Below are positions 14,477 to 41,315 of a stretch of 64,000 bases of DNA, piece by piece; within the stretch, counting starts at the first letter, position 1, and the number at the start of each line of letters is the position of its first letter. A program made the translations under genes and the position numbers. Source of the stretch: the human T2T-CHM13v2.0 reference genome, Homo sapiens. Under the pieces are notes generated by a model. It did not search any database, had not been told where the DNA came from, and saw only the letters and a list, made by a program, of their open reading frames with translations. The DNA is taken from the NCBI RefSeq assembly GCF_009914755.1, contig NC_060931.1; one strand, written 5' to 3'.

Positions 14477-15829
14477 GTATGCTAATGAACAAGCCCTTAC
14501 CTTCTTTTTTCAGCTTCTGAGGCCTCCACTGCATGCATAAATAGATACAAGTCCTTTGCCATTGGACACAGCCTGTCTTCTGAGCACCTCCCCCAAACCC
14601 CCAGTGCTGCCATAGGCAGTGTTGATGTGCTGAAACCCTCTACACAAAACAGTGTCCCTGCAGCCCATAGCCCATAATGAGCTAAGCTGGTGTGTAGTCT
14701 GAGCCAAAACTGAACACCTCCCTTTTGTGTTGTAATGTGCCATATGGGCATCAAAGCAGCATTATCTTGCATTCTAAAGTCTTAGAGACATTTTAATCAA
14801 CACAGCTCTTTTAGGTTTTCTTCAAAATCCCCTTTCGCCCTAAGGCATTCATGTATTCACAGGAAGTTGGAAAACAAATCTAGGTGAGAGGTACTGCTCA
14901 AGCATTGCTTCAGTTGATGACTGAGACACTATTCAGAGCTTTACTGCCAGGTCTGACCCTTTCTTCCCCGGACACAAGTTTATTTCCTACCAGCATTTCT
15001 ATCTCGAATCTTGCATTCTATTTTAATGGATGCTGGAGAGTCCCACCAGCCAGCCAGGCCTGCCCAGCCAGGTCTGATCCCACACTGATATGATCAACTA
15101 CTGGAAAACAAGCAAGCAGCCTCTAGGAAGCTTCTGCAGTGCCAACCAGATTCAATGATGTATAACTGATCATAGTTCAATATTTTCTATATGAATCAAG
15201 GTCATTATTATGAATAACAACACCTCCTGTATTGTTTAATGGAGGGCTGCTTCCAGAAGCTATTTGGGTGCGAACAGAAAATAGAATTATAGAGCTGATT
15301 CAGCACAACTCTCCCACTGAGAAATGCTCAGAAACCCCTTTGTGGAATTCCAGACTCTGTCTAAATACTTTAATGATGGGGACCTTACTAATATAGTACA
15401 TCCAACTCTAACAGTTTCTGAAGTTGAATTGAAATCCTCCTCTTTATGACATCTATATTCTGGTCTGAGTTTTGCCTTCTAGAGGAACACAGGATAAGCC
15501 TATTTCTTATTCTGTGTAACTGCTTTTAAGTGTTTGAAGGAAACTGTTTGCTTTAGCATTTTCTCTCCCGAGCATTTTCTCTTCTTGCTGTATACTCTTT
15601 TCAGTGTTCCTCTTAAAACATAGACCTATAAATTGAATACCGTTCCAAATTTGGTCCTTGCAAATTTGGTTTCTTGCAACCAAATTTGGACAAAACAAAC
15701 TACAAGTAAATCTTTAACTTTATTTAGAAGGTTTGTTATTGATAGCAATATTGGTTTTGTAATTCTGAAACAATTTTGTGTTTATTGTGGAATAGAACTG
15801 AATGAGTACATATGTTAAAGTTGGGAATC

Positions 15830-17400
15830 AGGGTTTTTACTGTGGAAAAAGTGAGAAACAAATATAGAACAAGGGAAATTGAAGAAGAATGCTTTGGTGT
15901 TGTATTTGAATTTGAGGTAGCAATATGAACATAGGAGTGTGTGTGTGTGTGTGTATTCATGTATTCTTAGCTCTGCCCATTGAAAGGGGTGCTTAGGAGT
16001 AACAATAAGTATACCTGGTACCTGCATCTTGATTTTGAAATGCCATTCTCCACTAAAAGTAACCAGGGCTCCTTTGAGAAATGGCTGATGCCAGATCTGG
16101 GGCAGGAAATTTATAAATTGAGCTTGCATATGATGAGCCTTGGTATACTTGAGAGCAAGGACTTTATTAAAGACTACTAGGTCATGTCAAAAGGAGCCAA
16201 CTACAAGACCCCCATTGGTCCAAAATGGGACAATAGAAAGATAAGAAATAATAATGACAGGAATGGGTTGCAATATATTTAATTATTTTAAATCCGTAAG
16301 TCCATAGTAATGAGAGAGAGAAAGAGATCGTGTGAAAGAAAAGTGTTGAAAGAAAGGTAAGAAGTGAAGTTTCTTTTAAGGATGAATTCTAGTTACTATA
16401 GAAAAAATGAATGACGGATTTAGAAAAATGACTATTTTGCGACCGCCAATATAAAAACTACTCCAGATCAGAACCATCAAGAGTTGCTAAAAGTATTATT
16501 GGGTGAAAGATTTTTGAGGTATAGGACAGTCCCATGGCTTCATAGTACCATCACACAGACCTTATCAATTACAAAGGGAGATGCTACCTTTAAAATGGAG
16601 AGATGTGGCAGTCACCTCAAGCTAACAAATTTAGCATCACAAACAGGGATACAGTTGAACATTACGTAAGTGCTTGTGCAAAGCATCACCTATGTAGTGC
16701 AGGTATTTGGGCCAAAAAGATGCTTAACCTGAATATAATAAGGAAATAGTCAAATCCAGAATGTGGGACAAGACAAATCACTCTAACTCTTTAAAAATTC
16801 AGTATTATGAGGAACAAAAAAGTCAAGCAGAGGGGATTATTCTAGATTAAAAGAGATTAAGGAGATGTAAGAACCAGATACAATGCATGAAACAACTGAA
16901 TCCTGAATAAGAAAATAAACTACAAGGATATTTTTGGGACAATTGGGGAAATTTAAATATGGGCTGTATACCAAGTTATCATTTTGAGTTAATGGTAATT
17001 AATTTAATTAATGTTCTTTATTTTATGAGGAAGTAGTGTTTAGGGATGAAATATCATGTCTTCAATTTTTAAGTAGTTCAGAAAAAGAGACAGAGAAATA
17101 AAGAAAATGTGATAAATATTAACAATTGGGGAAGAAAAACGACTGGAGAATCTAGATGAAGGATATAGTAATTGTTTGTAATGCTATTCTTTTTTAAATT
17201 TTGTAAAATGTTTTGTAGAGACAGGCTTTCACTGTGTTGCCCTAGCTTGTCTTAAACTCCTGGCCTCAAGCAATCCCCCTGCCTCAGCCTCCTAATGTGC
17301 TAGGATTATAGGCACGAGCCACTACATCTGGCCCTGTAATACTATGTTTTAAGTTTTCTGTATATTTGAAATTTTCTCAAAAAAATCTGAAAGAAATTTT
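15830..17400 (+). mobile_element. Old L1M 3' region with (GT)n at ~15936 and an inverted Alu monomer (~17190-17333)
   Basis: A-rich L1MC/ME-like 3'UTR motifs (GATACAATGCATG, TTTTGGGACAATTGGGGAAATTT). Confidence 0.6.
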
Positions 17401-17630
17401 TCTTTTGTAATATAAAAATAATATACATTTATGGTATTAAAATGTTGTATTGAGTTTCTAAAGGAATGTTTCTTACAGACAATTAACAACGTGTTAGGTA
17501 TCTATTACTGTTACTATTGTATTGTTACCTTTTTCTTGCATTATCTGCCTAAACTCTATTCCTGATAAATCTACTTTGTAAATGCTTTTTGTTTTCTGAT
17601 ACTTTGGAATTAAACCGTGTTGCATCATGA

Positions 17631-17957
<327 letters not shown>

Positions 17958-18313
17958 AAGACAACATTTTTTATGGGTTTTGATCAAGTTTTAATAAGAC
18001 CTTGTAATGTATCTCTACCTATCAAGTAGGAATTTTCCCATATATTAAATATAGGTATATTATTCTAAGTGTTTATATGGAATACGCTTTTTTAATTATA
18101 AACATTTACAGCAAAACCTTTCCTGGTTTCTTCTTAAAATATTTTTATGGTGTCCCCTAGTTCCATTTTTTTATTTCCTCAATTATTCAACAAATATTTA
18201 TCGCATAGCTACTGTGTGCTGTGTGCCAGCTACTGTGCTAGGCTGTTTATATAATCTGAACAATGACAGTCTTAGATTTTTTTTGTTTGTTTTAACATTT
18301 ATCATTACTGTAG

Positions 18314-18706
<393 letters not shown>

Positions 18707-19143
18707 TGTTTTTGTGTGTTTAATATCTCTGATGCCGATTTTCAAATCTGTGCTTTGCTCTTGTGTTTGATCCTTAGGTATAGATATGTTTTTATGAGAT
18801 CTTGCTTCCCACTCCACAGAGAAAATATAGGCTGTAAGATATGAACTCTGTAGCTTCAAATTACAACTATAAACTTCTATGCATTTTTGTTCATTCTTAC
18901 CTCCTTTTCTGCCTCACAATATGAAGTGTTGCTCCTCTTTTTGCATTTGATACTTTTGGCTGTTTCCTTTTTCTTGAAAATATCTGTTGCTTTAGATGTC
19001 ATGATGCTACATACTCCTGCTTCTTTTCTTGAAGGCCAGTTCTTTCTCGGTTTCCTTAATGGGGTCAGTTTTGACCATCTGCAGTTTAACTGTTGGTATA
19101 ACACGGGGCTCCATTCTTTGCCTATTTCTTTTCTTACAGAACT

Positions 19144-19498
19144 TGTCTCAGTCAGTTCAGGCTGCTATGGCAAAGTACTACAGGCTGGGTGGCTTTAAAA
19201 CAACAGAAATGATCTCTCAGAGTTCTTGAGGCTAAAGTCTGAGATCCTGGTGCCTGCATAGCCAGGTTCTGGTGAGGGCCCTCTTCTGTGTTACACTCTG
19301 CTGTCTTCTCGTTGTGTTCTCATGTGGCAGAAAGAGGACATGAGAGCTCTCTGGGGCCCCTTTTTATAAGGTCACTAATCCCATTCATGAGGGCTTCATC
19401 CTCATGACCCTCCCAAAGCCCTTACCTCCTGATATTGGAGGTTATGACGTTAACGTATGAACTTGTTGGGGGGGAACACAAACATCTGGTCTGTTGCA
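19144..19498 (-). mobile_element. MLT1A-like MaLR solo LTR within L2-like sequence
   Basis: TGTCTCAGTCAGTTCAGGCTGCTAT...ACACAAACAT pattern typical of MLT1A. Confidence 0.75.
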
Positions 19499-20207
19499 GA
19501 ACTCCTTCTACCCTCTTACCCATTCCATTGGTTTTATTTACAATAATGTTTTCCCTGGCCTCAACCTGTTGTATCCAACTACTTACTAGATGTCTGCACC
19601 TGAATATATCACAAACACTGCCAAACTGGCAAGTCCCAAGCTGAGCTCTACAATTCCCACTTTCTGCTTCATCAGCTATTCAACCTGTAATTTTTAAAAA
19701 TCTCAGTTAGTTACCACCTTTTAACTTTATTATTTAAAGACAAATACTAATTCTATCCTTTATTCTCTGTTGCAGATATAACATAAATCTCTTTCATTGA
19801 ATCCCTGTAATCATTTTCAGTAATTGAGTTCAGCTACTTCAGAAGTTTTTCAACAGCACTTTGGTAAATGTATATGTCTTCACTTTCACATCTTTCCACA
19901 TTAGGTGTCCTCTACTGAAGGAAAATATGAATATTTCCCTTTTAAAACTCTTTTATTTATTACTTTGATACTTCTCTGGCCATCTCAGTTGCTCCTGGGT
20001 TTGAAGTTCTGGTTTCAGCATCTGCCTTAATCATTTCCTTATGCTTTTAATAGCTCATTATTAGATAATATAGGCCAAATATTAATTTAACATTTTATAG
20101 CTATATCTGATTTAGATTGCTAGTATATATGTCAATCACAGTTTATATATTTTATACATTAAAGTAACCTAATGGCTTGGGAGGCAAATATTCTAATTAC
20201 TCAGAGA

Positions 20208-20210
<3 letters not shown>

Positions 20211-20252
<42 letters not shown>
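20211..20252. repeat. Perfect (AT)21 microsatellite
   Basis: 42 uninterrupted nt. Confidence 0.98.
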
Positions 20253-20256
<4 letters not shown>

Positions 20257-20332
20257 CTCTCTTACATTATTCAGAATTAGTGTGGTTTTGTAGATGGCAC
20301 TTTTCATATAAGAATTTCTCTTCATAAATATA

Positions 20333-20626
<294 letters not shown>

Positions 20627-20970
20627 GAATTTGTTTTCATGAATATAAACATGTCATGCCTGATTTTGTACAGGACAATCATTCACTCTCTAGGAAAAGT
20701 TATTAGTGACTAAAATAATAGAAGAAGTTGGAGGTTAGGAAATTCAGAAGCCAGGAGGAGCCCTGTTACTTTAAGGAGAAGATTGACTATTTTATCGTTT
20801 TACATTTCATGTTATATAATACATTTTGGACATAAGTGCAGTGGATTGTTTTGGATGAGACCAGGCCCAAAGATTTTTGAAATGTTGAAGAGAAGATGTG
20901 GCTAAAACTGCCTTTAAAATTTATAAGCAGGAGACTTCTCAGTGGGAGCAGGGCTGTGGTGGCAGCAGCC

Positions 20971-21251
20971 AGCCAGGCGAGACTCAACCTGAACCTGAAT
21001 TTTACTGCTGCTGGCTTATAGGATATTGAGAAATTCAGGCAGCAGCTTCATGCTATTAAAAGTTTTTGAGTATATAGATCAAGGTTGAAACTCCCAACCC
21101 TATACTGAAGAGTACTTATAGAAGTCTCTAGCTAAAAATAAACAAGTTAAAGGCAAAATGGACACAATAAAGAAATTTAAAAGCCTTATGCTTCAAGAAT
21201 GGACATGGCTAAGAATTGAGCCACCAAGGTGGGAATCATCCATCTTCTTAA
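20971..21251 (+). pseudogene. Processed pseudogene of MED10 (Mediator subunit 10), 5'-incomplete and decayed
   Basis: Frames read SQARLNLNLNFTAAGL*DIEKFRQQLHAI / VFEYIDQG*NSQPYTEEYL*KSLAKNKQVKGKMDTIKKFKSLMLQE / DMAK.. / HPSS*, collinear with MED10 SQAGLNQKLNFIVTGLQDIDKCRQQLHDI..VFEYIDQGRNPQLYTKECLERALAKNEQVKGKIDTMKKFKSLLIQE..DMAKY..HPPS*. Intronless, with stops and frameshifts. Confidence 0.9.
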
Positions 21252-21731
21252 CTAGCTGATTTTTACCAAGCCTGAAGGTACCCATTTATTGCCCTTGCTG
21301 AACCGACATGCCCGTTACAAAGTATTTGTGAACACTGAATATTAAAGTTTTCTTGCTAATGTGGAACTGGAACAATTACTTCAAAACCATTATAATTTTC
21401 CTCAAGGCATATGTCCTTGTAATTTGACCTTGCTGGGTGCTGGAAACTTCAAGTTATGGGAGATGTGAAACCAGTTTTGTTTTCTCTGTCCCTGAAAGTT
21501 TATATTATTGTCATGTTTTCAGGTACAGGCAACTTCACATCTTTGGGTGTGATTTATTTAATTACTCTCCATGGGAAAATCGGTCCTAGGAAAATCATTT
21601 TGGAAATATGAACTATGCTTGGTAAACTAAAGAGTTTTAAAAATTAAAAGTTACAACTCTTTATTTTGAGAATGGGTCTAGATATAAGCAAACACTGAAC
21701 CCTGTTTTTCCTCAAAAAATAAAGTCATTGT

Positions 21732-22345
<614 letters not shown>

Positions 22346-23917
22346 TCATAATCAAAATAACCACATAAATGAAGTGTTCTGACTTAGATGCATGCTACTT
22401 TGTCTTTTTGGATGGAGGTTGGAGAAGGCATGTGGGGATGTTTGTGTGCTAAGTGTTGTGACAGAATATACGAAAACAGTTGCTTACTTCTATGGCTAAG
22501 GCAGACTCTCTGGTTGGTAGGGAGCTAGTGCTGAGAGAAGCTTGCCAGAGATGAAAAATGAATGGAGAGGAGAAGTCAACAGGGCACTCTGTGAGAGACC
22601 TCATGAGGTTTGGGCTTGAGCACCTGGGAAGCAAAGTGTCATGAATGGAGGGAGCAGGCCTTTCTCCCCATATCCACACAGGACCCAGCCCTGTTCTGGC
22701 AATGTGCAAACAAATGGCTCTGCAAGTATCAGGGGGCTACAACCTTGGCCTGATAGTGCGGAGCCCACAAAGGGTGCTGTCAGCATTAGTGTCAGTGATC
22801 CTCCCTCAAGCAGTGTCAAGGGCAGTGGGCAATAGCCAGGGCCAACCAAAGTAGAAGAGAAAGAACATGGTGGTCCTGAGTGGGAAATGGCGTGAGAACA
22901 GCTGAATGGTGCAGGGCCCATGTTATACCATTCCATCCACATTTTACTCCCTGTGACTCTCAGCTGGGCCCTGGGAGTGATATTCACCCAGAATACCATG
23001 TCGGTCATGCATTCCGGAATTGGGCAATGTGTCTGCCTGGTCTTGGGAAGCATGCCTTTTGGAGACTCCCAGAAATAATTACAGGCTGCTTTTCATGGGC
23101 CACTGAGGTTCAAGCTATCAAACTTGTAGGGACCAAGCCATTATGATTTTGAGTTTTGAGTTAATACATCCTCATTTTATTCATATGGTCTGATAACATC
23201 TGGGGGTCCTCGTTACTTAGCTTTTACCACTCTTATCAGAGATTGTTGGGTTGTCTTATAGTAGGAGCCAGTGGGAGTATAAGCAGTGTTCCAAATTCAA
23301 GTGCATTTGGTGGACTGATGAGACAGGCCTGGCAGCATGCATTTGCATGGGGGTCTGGGATGGCTTGTAGGTGGGTCAAAGACTATGAACCTGTGTTAAA
23401 TTGAGTGATTTTCAGAATAGCGTAATATCCATCATTCAGATTGTTCTCCATTCCTACTTACACCTGGGTTTTGAGGTAAATCTGCAAAAAGGTCATATTT
23501 AATTTAAATCTGTTCAGGGCAGAGCTTATGGCAAGCTCTAGTGGGAGAATCAGTGTAGACCGCTCTGGAGAGAAGACATGCCATCTGAAGAAGAGAATTA
23601 TAGAAAAATTTTCTGGCACATTACTGGGAGAAAATTTGACCATAGGGAACCAGGGGGTGATGGGTCCAGAAATGCCCATTAGGCATTTTGCCAGACTTGC
23701 CAAGTCATAAAGACAGGTGGGCCCAGGAGCAGTCCATCAAAAAATTGAAATGGTACATTTGGGGTCAAATGTGAGCAGAGCAGAAGGCACAAGTAAGCTT
23801 CAGGGAAAGGTAGCCTAGACTGATGTCCCCTGCCACAGATGCACAGGTACCCCTACCCTAACTCACACTTATGACTGTGTTGTGGGGAGAGTTCCCATAC
23901 AGCCAGCTAAAGGAAGA

Positions 23918-24277
23918 TGTATTAGTCCGTTTTCATGCTGCTGGTGAAGACGTCCCCGAGACTGGGTAATTTATAAAGAAAAAGAGGTCTGATGGACTTA
24001 CAGCTCCACATGGCTGGGGAGACCTCACATCATGGCAGAAGGCAAAAGGCACATCTTACATGGGGCAGACAAGAGAGAAGGAGAGCCCAGTGAAAGGGGA
24101 AACCCCTTATAAAACCATCAGATCTCATGAGACTTATTCACTACCATGAGAACAGTATGGGGGAAACCACCTCCATGATTCAATGATCTCCCACTGCATC
24201 CCTCCCACAACTTGTGGGAATTGTGGGAGCTATAGTTGAAGATGAGATTTAGGTGGGGACACAGCCAAACAATGTAA
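23918..24277 (-). mobile_element. THE1B-like solo LTR
   Basis: TGTATTAGTCCGTTTTCA...GGGGACACAGCCAAAC. Confidence 0.92.
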
Positions 24278-24603
24278 GAGGGAAAAGCCCAAACCTTGTT
24301 TGCAGATGTGTCTGTTGAGTTACATGGGTGCAAACTGAATATGTATGTGGCTGCATTATATTCACCTTTAGAGATGCCCTTAAACAATACTGGGCAGGGA
24401 AACTCTTCCCAATTGGCAAGCTGTGAGTGGTACCTTGTGTGGAAGGAAGAGTTGCCCAAGATAAGAATATATGCAGATTCCACGGCAGTGGCCGGTGATC
24501 AGGGGCCTAGAAGTCAAAGACTGACAGATTGGAGGCAAATAAAGTCTAGGGAAGAAGTGTGTGAATAGACACTTGAGAGTTAGCAAAAAATATGCAGGTC
24601 CTA

Positions 24604-28092
<3,489 letters not shown>

Positions 28093-28369
28093 AGGTTATG
28101 CATGGGCCCAGTGACCTGACCTCCCACTTACCAAGTCTGTTCTAACTGCTGCTGTCACTGAATGTCTAACCTGCCAGCTAGGAAGACCAATGTTGAGCCC
28201 CTGATAGGGCACCATTTACTGAGGAGACTCATTGGCAACTTGATGGCAAGTTGATCACATTGGACATCTTGCTTTTCTCATTCAATAATACCAAAAATAT
28301 CTTATAACTCTTAAAGTCAACTTGCAGAACTCTATTTTATTTATTTATCAATTTCTACTATGAACAAAG

Positions 28370-32760
<4,391 letters not shown>

Positions 32761-33450
32761 AGAGTGGACAATTGAAGCTACAAGGCATCATATATGTCTG
32801 AATTGTCTCTGATGATGGAGGACATCATAAGAAATATCAAAGACACTTCTGTAAAAAGCCACAGAATATGCAAAGAAAGCAATTATATGCCAGACAGAAA
32901 ATAATGGGGTGAAAGACAAGAAATAAATATAAGTTATGTTTAATTCAGTCTTCATTGTCAACTAGGAACTCAAAATAAGAACTTTCAAATAAATGCCATG
33001 CCTTTAGCAAATGGATGTGTTCACATAAGCATAGGTGATGCACCAAAAGCACACTACTTTGGGGGAAAAATGGAGTCAAACCTATACTGAGAAAGAAAAT
33101 GTTTCCTCAGTTATCAAGCTATCTTGTCTAAGAGTATTGTGTGGAACAGTGTTCAATTCTTATTTTGTAGTCAAAGGATGTTCTAAAATTAATCTTTATC
33201 ATCAGCAGATAAGTAGATTGTATTTATTAATACCTTTGTTCTAAACTAAATAATAAAACCATAAAGTTTCTAATAAGTTTGAAAACATTGTTGACCAGAA
33301 AGGAGCAAGAATATGGGGAAAATGGAAACCAGGAGTAATTCACACATATTCACACATAGGCAATGCTCAGGGTGTGTGTGTGTGTGCGTGCGTAGCCTCT
33401 CTCTCTCTCTGTGTTTCTATGTAGTCTCTTTGTTAATTTAAAAGTATTAA

Positions 33451-36999
<3,549 letters not shown>

Positions 37000-37149
37000 C
37001 CCGTATTACTTTCTTGCTTACGCTAATAGGTGTGTGAGCTTTACGATTTGTGTACCATCTAATGAAGATGACCTGTATATATTTATTACAGAGGGGCAAA
37101 ACAGAAGTTCTTCTTTGGACACTTGACCTATTAAAAGCCTAGGGAAAAC

Positions 37150-40975
<3,826 letters not shown>

Positions 40976-41315
40976 TTGGATCTGGATGAAACTAGTGAGA
41001 GAGAGACTAAAGATGGTTAAGAAAAGGGAGTCAAGTTCTAAGGACTAAAACATGCTAACATTTAGAAGTCACAGAAACAAAGAGTATTCATAAAAAGCAC
41101 TGGGAAACAGGAAAGAATAAATCAGTAGAAAACTAAATGAATGTAATGTCAGGGGTGCCAAGACAAGAAAGCATAGTGAAACTTCCATCCTTAACAATGT
41201 TTTTTTGTTTTTTGCTTTAATATCCATTTTGTTTGCTATGACACTTAGGTTACTTCCGGTTAATATTTGGCTAGAATATTTATTTTCTGTCATTTTATCT
41301 TCATCTGTTTTGTAT

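Noticed and set aside
22400-23520. Overlapping ORFs in moderately GC-rich unassigned DNA
   Set aside because: No recognisable homology or exon structure; possibly old LTR sequence adjoining the ERV-L remnant. A Dfam/BLAST search is needed.
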